64,000 nt of DNA, taken from a candidate division FCPU426 bacterium. Its GTDB lineage: Bacteria > Oederibacteriota > PGYV01 > Palsa-1178. Where the stretch lies: the NCBI GenBank assembly GCA_963840035.1, contig CAWIXE010000001.1, positions 1,120,001-1,184,000 on the forward strand. The letters run 5' to 3'. Both the position numbers and the translations under genes were made by a program. Shown piece after piece: positions 39,527 through 48,809 of this stretch (positions are counted from its first letter, which is position 1; every line of letters starts with the position of its first letter). The notes beneath the pieces are model-generated. The model was not told where the DNA came from. It did not search any database and was given only the letters and a program-made list of their open reading frames with translations.

Positions 39527-40012
39527 ATGAAAAATATAACTCAAATTAAGAACAACGGAAAGAAGGGAACTTTAGTGCAATTCTTAATGTTTGTCTCGAT
39601 AGTTTCTATTGTGATTGTTACGGGTGTGATTTTCACGACGGCGAGCAGTAGTGTGTTTGATCTTGGAAATAAATATAGCATGATTAAAACTTCTGGCCCT
39701 TTTTACGCGATATGCAAGGATCGAAAAGTTTTGATTGAGGGTAAAATTATTGAATACAATTTTTTGAATAAGATACTGATTGGCAAGTTGGTTTGCGATG
39801 ATGCTTTTGGAACAAGGAAAAAGTACTACCAACATTTTGATGATTGCGTAGCGGGGTATTTTATTATTAATACTAGTAATGGAATGACGAGTTTTGGAAT
39901 GTTAAAAAAGGAGTGCTTTGATGAGCTTGAAGTTAAATATAATATCGGTAAGCCTAAAATGTATGGGCCAAATGAAATAAATTTTGATAGAATTTTTGAT
40001 TTTAATAAGTAA
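39527..40012 (+). CDS. Putative immunity protein 1 (N-terminal membrane anchor, periplasmic domain)
   Basis: Immediately after tip 1; single TM then DLGNKY..GYFIINT. Confidence 0.68.
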   Translation: MKNITQIKNNGKKGTLVQFLMFVSIVSIVIVTGVIFTTASSSVFDLGNKYSMIKTSGPFYAICKDRKVLIEGKIIEYNFLNKILIGKLVCDDAFGTRKKYYQHFDDCVAGYFIINTSNGMTSFGMLKKECFDELEVKYNIGKPKMYGPNEINFDRIFDFNK

Positions 40013-40042
40013 TCACAAATTTTTAAATCAATTCGAAAGATT

Positions 40043-41522
40043 GACGCTGATAGAAAACGAATACGACGCCGGGGGGAACCTTTTAAATGTGGCAATAGAT
40101 ACAAGAACAGTGGTAGAGTACGCGTATGACCCAACGAATTTTTTTCAGCAGAGTGTAACAGAAAGGATGACAGGAAGGAACAGGAGAATCGATTTTACGT
40201 ATGATGCTGTGGGACATAAAAAGTCCATAACGTACCCGAACAAAACGCGGATGAACTACGACTATGACACAGCGTACTGGATGACGAAGGCAGACGGCGT
40301 GTATGTAAAGAACGGCGTAGAACAGTTGATAAACAAAAACGTAATAACGCAGAGGGACAGCGTGGGGAACATAACACAAAAAGAGATAAACACAGGGGCG
40401 GTTTCGTATGTATACGACGACAAATACCGGCTGACGGGGTACACAAATACCAACGCAAGCCCTTCAAGCCAGTCTTTTACGTTTGACTACAGGGGAAACA
40501 GACTGTCGCTTGCCTCCACACCCGGCGGCACGACGGGTTATACGGTTGGCGATAACAACATGGTAACAGCGGCTGGCAGTGAAAGCCTGCAATACGACGG
40601 TCGCGGTAATGTGACAGGGCGAGGGTATACGCAGTACGAGTGGGATTATAAGAACAGGCTGGTTAAGGTGGATAAGGAAGGCGTGCAGGAAGACCTTTAC
40701 TACACATACAACAACGCGGACAGGATGCTTTCAAGGAAGAAGCGGAATAAAAAGGTTACGTATTTTTATAATGGAAACCAGTTGTTGTGTGAGAAGGACG
40801 AGTTTGGCCGCCTGTCAAAGGTTTTCATGAACGACAGCGAAGGTCTTCTTGGCTTTACAATACTGAACTACAAGCCCAACGGAGAGTTCTCAAACTACGA
40901 GCCGGTGTACTACCTGTTTAACGACCAGGGAAGCGTAACGACCTTAACAAACGACGTAGGAAGGCCGATAAAACACTACCTCTACGACCCATGCGGGAAC
41001 CTGACAAATACAACGACAGACCCGAACAACAACTTCACCTTCATAGGCCGGTACGGCGGTTACAAAGACTGGGACTCAGGGCTGATACAGTTCCAGCACA
41101 GGTGGTATGACAGCGCGCTGGGGAGGTGGATGAGCCGGGATCCGATGGGGGAGCAGGGCGGGGTTAATGAACATGCTAAGAGTGATAGAAAAGGAAGGGA
41201 AATAAATATCTATGAATATTCTTTGGACAACCCGATAAATAGAATGGACACAAATGGACTATGTTCAAAAAAAGGAATAAAAGAAGGTTTAAATTCGGTG
41301 TGTAATGATTGGGCTGGTTTTGGTGTTTGTATGGCGAGAATTCCATGGCCTTCGCCTGATGATCCTGGAGGACTAATTGATAAAGTGTGTGCGGCAACTT
41401 GTGTTGCGTGTAGGTTTGCGCCTATACCTCAAATAAAAATTCCGGCATGCCTTGGATGTGCGGCATGTCTTGCTTATTTGGCATCGGAGATTTATGAATG
41501 TTATGATCAGTACTGTCGATGA
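40043..41522 (+). CDS. Orphan Rhs module 2 (no convincing start; Cys-rich tip)
   Basis: Homology to module 3 begins at about 40043; Rhs core, PINRMDTNGL, Cys-rich tip. Confidence 0.85.
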
Positions 41523-41533
41523 GGAGGTGCGCT

Positions 41534-42004
41534 GTGAAAAAAATGTTGCGTAATTCAGTATTGTTTATTTGGATACAATATATTTTCTTTTACGAGGTTA
41601 TGGTGTATTATTTAAGATTTTTTAAAACTCTTAGAACACCTTATTCTGTGCGGCTTGAAGCGTATCTGGGGTTGATGTTGGCACTACTAATAATGTGTTT
41701 ATTTGTTTATAAGTTAGTAACGGAAAAAAAACCATTAGTTAAAATGCTGTTTATTTTTGGGATTTGTTATATGACAATATCTGTAGCTTCAATGGTGTAT
41801 TTTATTGTTAATTCCAAGTACTCTTTTATTCTTGAAACTGCTGGTATATCAACATATATAATGCTAATTATTCCAACTTTCTTTGCGGATAGAGAAATGT
41901 ATAAAGAGCTTAGGCTATACCATTCAATTTTAGTGCTGTTTGGTTTTGTTTTGTTGTGTTGGGTTGTGGTGTTCTTGATTAATGGTGTTATTTTTAATAG
42001 TTAA
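41534..42004 (+). CDS. Putative immunity protein 2 (polytopic membrane protein)
   Basis: GTG after GGAGG directly behind tip 2; about 5 TM segments, AT-rich. Confidence 0.68.
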   Translation: MKKMLRNSVLFIWIQYIFFYEVMVYYLRFFKTLRTPYSVRLEAYLGLMLALLIMCLFVYKLVTEKKPLVKMLFIFGICYMTISVASMVYFIVNSKYSFILETAGISTYIMLIIPTFFADREMYKELRLYHSILVLFGFVLLCWVVVFLINGVIFNS

Positions 42005-42056
42005 TTGTTGTTTTAAGATTGAGCATTCGTGGGTGGGTAAGAATTATGAACTAGTT

Positions 42057-43754
42057 ATGGAAACCATGGCCTACGACGAGTCCTGCACCTCCTGCGGAGG
42101 GGCGTCAAATAAGCTGGCATCAGATGTCATAACCGGGTATGGTACGATAAACTACCAGTACACGGAAGAAGGCTGGCTCCAGAGCACGCAGTACGTTCCG
42201 GTAGGTTCTATCGCGACGCTGATAGAAAACGAATACGACGCCGGGGGGAATATCATAAACACGGCAATAGATACAAGAACTGTGGCTGAGTACGCGTATG
42301 ATTCAACGAATTTCTTTCAGCAAAGCATGACTGAAAGGATGACAGGGAAGAACAGGAGAATCGATTTTACGTACGACGCTGTGGGCCATAAAAAAAGTAT
42401 CTCATACCCGAACAAAACGCGGATGAACTACGACTATGGCACAGCGTACTGGATGACGAAGGCAGACGGCGTGTATGTAAAGAACGGCGTAGAACAGTTG
42501 ATAAACAAAAACGTAATAACGCAGAGGGACAGCGTGGGGAACATAACACAAAAAGAGATAAACACAGGGGCGGTTTCGTATGTATACGACGACAAATACC
42601 GTCTGACGGGGTACACGAATACAAACGCAAATCCGTCAAGCCAGTCGTTTACGTTTGACTACAGGGGAAACCGTTTAAGCGTGGTTGCCACACCCGGCGG
42701 CACGACGAGTTATACGGTTGGCGATAACAACATGGTAACAGCGGCGGGCGGTGAGAGCATATCGCACGACGGGCGGGGTAATGTGACTGGCAGAGGAAAT
42801 ACGCAGTACGAGTGGGATTATAAGAACAGGCTGGTAAAGGCGGACAAGGAAGGCGTGCAGGAAGACCTTTACTACACATACAACAACGCGGACAGGATGC
42901 TATCCAGGACGAAGTGGAATAAGAAGGTAACGTATTATTATAACGGAAATCAGCTGTTATGCGAGAAGGACGAAACAGGACGTCTGTCAAAAGTTTTTAT
43001 AAACGACAGCGAAGGCCTTCTTGGCTTTACAATACTGAACTACAAGCCAAACGGAGAGTTCTCAAACTACGAGCCGGTGTACTACCTGTTTAACGACCAG
43101 GGAAGCGTAACGACCCTGACAAACGAGGTAGGAAGGCCGATAAAGCACTACCTCTACGACCCATACGGGAACCTGACAAACACCACAACAGACCCGAACA
43201 ACAACTTCACCTTCATAGGGCGGTACGGCGGGTTTAAAGACTGGGACTCAGGGCTGATACAGTTCCAGCACAGGTGGTATGATAGTGCGCTGGGGCGGTG
43301 GATGAGCAGGGATCCGATTGGGGTTAGGGGAGGGGTGAATTTGTACGTATATGGCAATGATGACCCTGTTAATGTCATCGACCCATTAGGGTTGTGTAAT
43401 AAAAAACAAAAAGATGATCCGGAGAGTAAATATGTCAGATGGAATTACTGTGGAAAAGATTGGTCTGCGGGAATACATTGGACAAAAGAAATCCAAAATA
43501 TAGCAAGCTTTGCTGCGATTTATTCTAAGGATCCAATCAATGATTTGGATGACTGTTGCTATCAACATGATGTGTGTGCATATTTAGTTAGAATGAGTGG
43601 CTATGCGCACGGTTCAATTACGGATTGTAATGTGGCGTTAGTTCGTTGTGCGTCAACAAAAATAAAAAGTTACCCAATAGAAGCTAGTGTGATTTTAAAA
43701 GTATTTGAAAGCGACATTCACAAAGGAGATCCGATTTATGGTAAAGACAGATAA
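42057..43754 (+). CDS. Orphan Rhs module 3 with phospholipase A2-like tip
   Basis: Longest core; PVNVIDPLGL, then NYCGKDWS and PINDLDDCCYQHDVC. Confidence 0.88.
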   Translation: METMAYDESCTSCGGASNKLASDVITGYGTINYQYTEEGWLQSTQYVPVGSIATLIENEYDAGGNIINTAIDTRTVAEYAYDSTNFFQQSMTERMTGKNRRIDFTYDAVGHKKSISYPNKTRMNYDYGTAYWMTKADGVYVKNGVEQLINKNVITQRDSVGNITQKEINTGAVSYVYDDKYRLTGYTNTNANPSSQSFTFDYRGNRLSVVATPGGTTSYTVGDNNMVTAAGGESISHDGRGNVTGRGNTQYEWDYKNRLVKADKEGVQEDLYYTYNNADRMLSRTKWNKKVTYYYNGNQLLCEKDETGRLSKVFINDSEGLLGFTILNYKPNGEFSNYEPVYYLFNDQGSVTTLTNEVGRPIKHYLYDPYGNLTNTTTDPNNNFTFIGRYGGFKDWDSGLIQFQHRWYDSALGRWMSRDPIGVRGGVNLYVYGNDDPVNVIDPLGLCNKKQKDDPESKYVRWNYCGKDWSAGIHWTKEIQNIASFAAIYSKDPINDLDDCCYQHDVCAYLVRMSGYAHGSITDCNVALVRCASTKIKSYPIEASVILKVFESDIHKGDPIYGKDR

Positions 43755-44016
43755 GGCAGGCGGCCTTTTCAAGGTAATAACTCTTATTTTTCCGTTGTTG
43801 TATTACGTTTTTTATATAAATACTATAACAATGATAGATCCTTATTTTGCAAACACTATAATTTATGTAATCCCGATCCTATATTTCTTAGCAGTGTTAT
43901 TATTTTGTATTAAAGCCGGAATTAGAAACCGAATTTTTGAGTTGGTTATTACTTTTATAATATACTTGCCGATATTAATGTTTTTTTATTTTGGTTTAAA
44001 CTCAATCAGATTTTAG
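43738..44016 (+). CDS. Putative immunity protein 3 (membrane)
   Basis: ATG after AAGGAG overlapping the tip 3 end; about 3 TM segments. Confidence 0.68.
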   Translation: MVKTDKAGGLFKVITLIFPLLYYVFYINTITMIDPYFANTIIYVIPILYFLAVLLFCIKAGIRNRIFELVITFIIYLPILMFFYFGLNSIRF

Positions 44017-44057
44017 TGTTAAATAATAAAATCTGTGGCGGGAAAGCATAGTTGTGA

Positions 44058-45440
44058 TTGCAAAGCGTGACTGAAAGGATGACAGGGAAGAACAGGAGAA
44101 TCGATTTTACGTACGACGCTGTGGGCCATAAAAAAAGTATCTCATACCCGAACAAAACGCGGATGAACTACGACTATGGCACAGCGTACTGGATGACGAA
44201 GGCAGATGGCGTGTATGTAAAGAACGGCGTAGAACAGTTGATAAACAAAAACGTAATAACGCAGAGGGACGGCGTGGGGAACATAACACAAAAAGAGATA
44301 AACACAGGCGTGGTTTCGTATGTATACGACGACAAATACCGTCTGACAGGGTATACAAATACCAATGCAAGTCCTTCAAGTCAGTCTTTTACGTTTGATT
44401 ACAGGGGAAACAGGCTGTCGCTTGCCTCCACACCCGGCGGTACGACGGGTTATACGGTTGGCGATAACAACATGGTAACAGCGGCTGGCAGTGAAAGCCT
44501 GCAATACGACGGTCGCGGTAATGTGACAGGGCGAGGGTATACGCAGTACGAGTGGGATTATAAGAACAGGCTGGTTAAGGTGGATAAGGAAGGCGTGCAG
44601 GAAGACCTTTACTACACATACAACAACGCGGACAGGATGCTTTCAAGGAAGAAGCGGAATAAAAAGGTTACATATTTTTATAATGGAAACCAGCTGTTGT
44701 GTGAGAAGGACGAGTTTGGCCGCCTGTCAAAGGTTTTCATGAACGACAGCGAAGGTCTTCTTGGCTTTACAAAACTGAACTACAAGCCCAACGGAGAGTT
44801 CTCAAACTACGAGCCGGTGTATTACCTGTTTAACGACCAGGGAAGCGTAACGACCTTAACAAACGAGGTGGGAAGGCCGATAAAGCACTACCTCTACGAC
44901 CCATACGGGAACCTGACAAACACCACAACAGACCCGAACAACAACTTCACCTTCATAGGGCGGTACGGCGGGTATAAAGACTGGGACTCAGGGCTGATAC
45001 AGTTCCAGCATAGGTGGTATGATAGTGCGCTGGGGCGGTGGATGAGCAGGGATCCGATTGGGATATGTGGTGGGATAAATATTTTTGAGTATGTCGTGAA
45101 CAATGTTGTTAATAATGTTGATTTTAACGGGCTCGGCAAAAATGTAGATACTTTCATAAACTGTTTATCAAATTGCATCGTGGAATATGATCCGCTAAAT
45201 GCTGTAGGTAAAACGGTTTTGACTTTGGCTGGAGGGACGTTTTGGAAAAGTTGGATTGGCGCAAGTGGCACTTTGTTAGGAGGCAATCAACCGTTAACTA
45301 CGATACCTAGCGCAATTGGAGGATCTTCAGTAAGAGTTGTGGGAAGATTTTTTTCGGGCGTGTGGATTGCATATGGAAGTTATCTATTTGGATTAGAGGC
45401 ATATTGTTCCATAAAATGTTTCCTTGATATAAAGAACTAA
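44058..45440 (+). CDS. Orphan Rhs module 4 with a hydrophobic, Gly-rich tip
   Basis: Rhs core, RDPIG, VNNVDFNGL, then a unique tip. Confidence 0.86.
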   Translation: MQSVTERMTGKNRRIDFTYDAVGHKKSISYPNKTRMNYDYGTAYWMTKADGVYVKNGVEQLINKNVITQRDGVGNITQKEINTGVVSYVYDDKYRLTGYTNTNASPSSQSFTFDYRGNRLSLASTPGGTTGYTVGDNNMVTAAGSESLQYDGRGNVTGRGYTQYEWDYKNRLVKVDKEGVQEDLYYTYNNADRMLSRKKRNKKVTYFYNGNQLLCEKDEFGRLSKVFMNDSEGLLGFTKLNYKPNGEFSNYEPVYYLFNDQGSVTTLTNEVGRPIKHYLYDPYGNLTNTTTDPNNNFTFIGRYGGYKDWDSGLIQFQHRWYDSALGRWMSRDPIGICGGINIFEYVVNNVVNNVDFNGLGKNVDTFINCLSNCIVEYDPLNAVGKTVLTLAGGTFWKSWIGASGTLLGGNQPLTTIPSAIGGSSVRVVGRFFSGVWIAYGSYLFGLEAYCSIKCFLDIKN

Positions 45441-45457
45441 AATTAAAGAGGGGAAAA

Positions 45458-45976
45458 ATGAAAAAAAATAATCGTAGAGATTTGACATTTTCAATAATTA
45501 TTATTGTTTTTATATTTAGCATTGGATTGCTTTTTGTAACAAGTTTCAATTATTGGTCGTGCCTTTGGATTGTGATGGATATATTTTTGTCTTATATCTT
45601 TGCAATTTGGCATATTAATTATCTTAAAGCAAAGATATTTAGTCGCAGACAGTCATTGAGCGATGATGATATTTATAACAAATTCTATTATGGAACAAAA
45701 CTACCAAAAAACAAAGTTTTATCGAAGTGGAAAATGGTTTCGAAAATATTGAAAATACCAGCGGACAAGTTGTTACCAACCGATAAATTTGGGGAAGAAC
45801 TAGGGCCCTATTGGTTTGTAGGTGATCCTCTGGACGAATTAGAAATTATTGCTAAAAGGAATTTTAAAGCAAACGGTATAGACGGGAGTAAAATAAGCAT
45901 TCGTAACCTTGATGAGTATATAAAAATGTCAATCCAATTAGATGAAAATAATCAAAAGAATTACTTGTCAAGATGA
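45458..45976 (+). CDS. Putative immunity protein 4 (2 TM plus soluble domain)
   Basis: Directly after tip 4, GAGGGG RBS, AT-rich. Confidence 0.66.
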   Translation: MKKNNRRDLTFSIIIIVFIFSIGLLFVTSFNYWSCLWIVMDIFLSYIFAIWHINYLKAKIFSRRQSLSDDDIYNKFYYGTKLPKNKVLSKWKMVSKILKIPADKLLPTDKFGEELGPYWFVGDPLDELEIIAKRNFKANGIDGSKISIRNLDEYIKMSIQLDENNQKNYLSR

Positions 45977-46064
45977 ATAATACACGAAGTCTTTACCTAC
46001 TGCGCTGGCAAGACAAACAAGTTGGCAACGGAAAAGGATTGATGTTGTTGAATAAGGAGACATT

Positions 46065-46415
46065 GTGAAAACTGAAAAGAGTCAAAAAGAAAAAGTTCTG
46101 GAAGTGGCAACTATTATTGGATCAATCTTGGTGTCGGTGTTGTTGATTGTTCCGCCGATAATTTGGATTATGCTTGGGAAAAACGATAAGAATTACTTTT
46201 ATTTATCATTTGCTATTTTAGCGGTTGGAATGATACCAACAATTTCTGGAAGCTTGATTTTAACGGACTTAATTAGATTTAAAAAAACAAGATTTGTAGG
46301 ATCATTTTTTGTCTCGGCCCTAACGTACGTTTTATGGGTTAAATATGACGCTAAAGTAATAAATGAACTAATTCAAAACAATCAAATATTAAGTTTGGCA
46401 AATATTTTCGAATAA
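46065..46415 (+). CDS. Membrane protein, putative orphan immunity protein
   Basis: GTG after AAGGAG; about 3 TM segments; ends 3 bp before the right inverted repeat. Confidence 0.62.
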   Translation: MKTEKSQKEKVLEVATIIGSILVSVLLIVPPIIWIMLGKNDKNYFYLSFAILAVGMIPTISGSLILTDLIRFKKTRFVGSFFVSALTYVLWVKYDAKVINELIQNNQILSLANIFE

Positions 46416-46693
46416 CCAGGACCGTGTCGTGACTCATGACATTGCATGGGAAAAGTCTATATAAATATGGGCACCGTATTATTATTCCATAAATACAGGG
46501 ATTTTGCGATGGGTTGGGGTAAGAGACGGCGGAAAAGAAAGGCGAATGGGGCTTATCTGATATGGATAGCTCGGTTGATATGGTCGAAAGAAAATAGATG
46601 TCTATAATACGATATAAGGGTATTCCCAGCTTAAAAATCTTCGGGCTGTCAGATTTGACCTTATTTAATCGTTTCTTTTCCGGTTCTTATCAA

Positions 46694-46722
46694 TTGACAG
46701 AGCACTTATTATGTGTTATTTT
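46694..46722 (+). promoter_or_regulatory. Putative sigma70 promoter of the hpf-pts operon
   Basis: TTGACA-N17-TATTTT with extended -10 TG. Confidence 0.6.
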
Positions 46723-46758
46723 TATAAGGATGTTATACAGCTCAAGGAGGTATTACAC

Positions 46759-47307
46759 TTGGAGATCAATATTACAGGCAGGCATTTAACATTAACAAAA
46801 GGCATAAAGCAGTATGTCGAGAAAAAGTTCAAAAAAATAGAGGATTACTTCGATTTTAAGGAGCATGGCGAGTTACACGTTATAATAGAGGTACAGAAGT
46901 ACAGGCATATGGTGGAAGCGAATCTTTCCTCAAAATGGCACAAGTTCTCGGCTAAAGCGGAGACAAAAGACCTTTATTCCGCCATCGACATGATAGAGGA
47001 CAAACTCGTCGCCCAGATAAAAAAGCAGAAAGACAAGATGGACAGGGGCGATAAAAAGCAGAACAAAAGGATCAATATCCTGGCAAACCTCGGCTCAGTT
47101 ACGAACGTCAAGGGCGAGAAGTACAATGAGATAGTGGAAGAAGAGGACATCCAGGCATTAAAGCCCATGAACACGGAAGAGGCCATGGAAGAGCTCGAAA
47201 TGTCAAAAGAACAGATGATGATGTTCTACAACGTGGACTTCAATAAAGTCTGCCTCTTAAGGAAAAGAAAAGACAGCAAGTACGGCCTGACCATTTCCAA
47301 ATACTGA
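46759..47307 (+). CDS. hpf: Ribosome hibernation promoting factor (long form)
   Basis: TTG after AAGGAGG; INITGRHLTLT, DLYSAID, C-terminal KPMNTEEAMEEL..YGL. Confidence 0.93.
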   Translation: MEINITGRHLTLTKGIKQYVEKKFKKIEDYFDFKEHGELHVIIEVQKYRHMVEANLSSKWHKFSAKAETKDLYSAIDMIEDKLVAQIKKQKDKMDRGDKKQNKRINILANLGSVTNVKGEKYNEIVEEEDIQALKPMNTEEAMEELEMSKEQMMMFYNVDFNKVCLLRKRKDSKYGLTISKY

Positions 47308-47335
47308 TATAAATTCTAAACTGAGGTGATTTTTA

Positions 47336-47800
47336 ATGCGGATTTTGGATTTTTTGGACAAGGACAGCATAGAGCTGAACATTAAGGCTAAAAATAAAAA
47401 AGAAGTCATCGAGGAGCTCGTCGAAGTCCTCGCAAAAAAGAACGTCATACTTGATAAAAAAGTAACCATCGAATCGCTGATGGAAAGGGAAGAGCTCGGA
47501 AGCACCGGTGTGGGACAGGGCATCGCTATCCCGCACAGCAAGACAAAAGGCGTGAAAGAACTCGTCGCCGCGTTTGGAGTTTGTAAAACGGGTGTTGACT
47601 TTGACGCTCTTGACGGGGAAACGGTCCATATATTTTTCCTTCTGCTCGCGCCCGAAGGCGCTGCCGGACTCATGCTGAAAGCCCTCGCGAGGGTATCTAA
47701 TTTCCTCAAGAACAAGTACTACAGGCGGAAAATCCTCGAGGCAAAAGACAAAGCTGATGTCATAACGACTATTGAGGAAGAAGAAAAAACAAAACAATAG
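47336..47800 (+). CDS. ptsN: PTS EIIA, Ntr/fructose type
   Basis: REELGSTGVGQGIAIPH and FDALDG motifs. Confidence 0.92.
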   Translation: MRILDFLDKDSIELNIKAKNKKEVIEELVEVLAKKNVILDKKVTIESLMEREELGSTGVGQGIAIPHSKTKGVKELVAAFGVCKTGVDFDALDGETVHIFFLLLAPEGAAGLMLKALARVSNFLKNKYYRRKILEAKDKADVITTIEEEEKTKQ

Positions 47801-47843
47801 TTCCCGGCGCGGATTTTGGTTCCGTTAAGGAGGAGCATCCGGC

Positions 47844-48809
47844 ATGAATTCCATCACCGTAAAAGAGTTTTATTCCGATAATAAGTCCAGGCTGAGCCTG
47901 CATGTTTTAGCCGGGGAAGAATTCCTTCCGCAAAAAAAAATAATTGTATCCGACATAAACAGGCCGGGGCTGGCCCTGTCCGGTTTTTTTGACTATTTCC
48001 CATATGAACGCATACAGGTTTTCGGCAAGACCGAACTCTCATACATCAAAAAACTCGGGGCGCAGAAGGCAAACGCCGTATTAAAAAGGATATTCTCAAA
48101 GAACGTATGCTGCGCAATTGTAACCAGGGATTTAAAGGCCCCGTTTAACTTTCTGAAAATCGCCAGGAAGCACAAAGTCCCCGTACTTACCACATCGCTT
48201 TTTACCACAAAAATAATCAGCGCTTCCATGATATACCTGGAAAAAAGGCTTGCGGCCAGGATGACCATGCACGGCACTTTTGTGGATGTTTACGGGATAG
48301 GCGTGCTCATAGTCGGGAAAAGCGGGATAGGCAAAAGCGAGATATCCCTTGAACTGGTAAAAAGGGGACACAGGCTCGTGGCGGACGACATCATAGAAGT
48401 TACCAAGGTCTCAGATGACCAGCTTGAGGGGAAAGGGTTGTCCATAATACACCACCATATGGAGATACGCGGCGTCGGGATAATAGACATAAGAAACCTT
48501 TTCGGCGTAGGAGCGGTGCGTGACGACCAGAAAATAGAACTCATGATGCATCTTGAGGAATGGGAAAAAGGCAAAGATTACGAGAGGCTCGGGATAGAGG
48601 AGCATAGCGAGGAAATACTCGGCGTAAAAGTATCAAAAATAATCCTCCCTGTAAAGCCGGGCAGGAACTTAAGCGTAATTATAGAAGTGGCGGCCATGAC
48701 TCAGCGGTTGAAAGCAGGCGGGTATAACCCGGCAAGGGAACTTAATAAGAACATTAACAAATGGATGACAAGGGAAAATAAAGGAATAGAGGGTGGTAAA
48801 ATTGAATAG
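47844..48809 (+). CDS. hprK: HPr kinase/phosphorylase
   Basis: RPGLALSG, GKSGIGKSE, LVADD, MEIRGVGIID, PGRNL. Confidence 0.97.
   Translation: MNSITVKEFYSDNKSRLSLHVLAGEEFLPQKKIIVSDINRPGLALSGFFDYFPYERIQVFGKTELSYIKKLGAQKANAVLKRIFSKNVCCAIVTRDLKAPFNFLKIARKHKVPVLTTSLFTTKIISASMIYLEKRLAARMTMHGTFVDVYGIGVLIVGKSGIGKSEISLELVKRGHRLVADDIIEVTKVSDDQLEGKGLSIIHHHMEIRGVGIIDIRNLFGVGAVRDDQKIELMMHLEEWEKGKDYERLGIEEHSEEILGVKVSKIILPVKPGRNLSVIIEVAAMTQRLKAGGYNPARELNKNINKWMTRENKGIEGGKIE

Larger units (their letters stand above)
37463..46443. mobile_element. Inverted-repeat-bounded island of orphan Rhs toxin/immunity modules
   Basis: aatgtcttgagtcacgacacggacc (37463-37487) is the reverse complement of ggaccgtgtcgtgactcatgacatt (46419-46443) at 23/25 positions; all Rhs material lies between them. 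Confidence 0.6.

Noticed and set aside
38153..45134. Near-identical repeats as a diversity-generating retroelement or integron cassette array
   Set aside because: Differences are not adenine-specific; no reverse transcriptase, integron integrase or recurring attC-like site was seen. Ordinary Rhs core homology explains them.
45977..46064. Further toxin-tip remnant before the last immunity-like gene
   Set aside because: Too short and interrupted by stops to support a call.
46598..46789. 63-aa ORF and the extended hpf start at 46711
   Set aside because: Both span the hpf promoter; AAGGAGG supports TTG 46759 as the real start.
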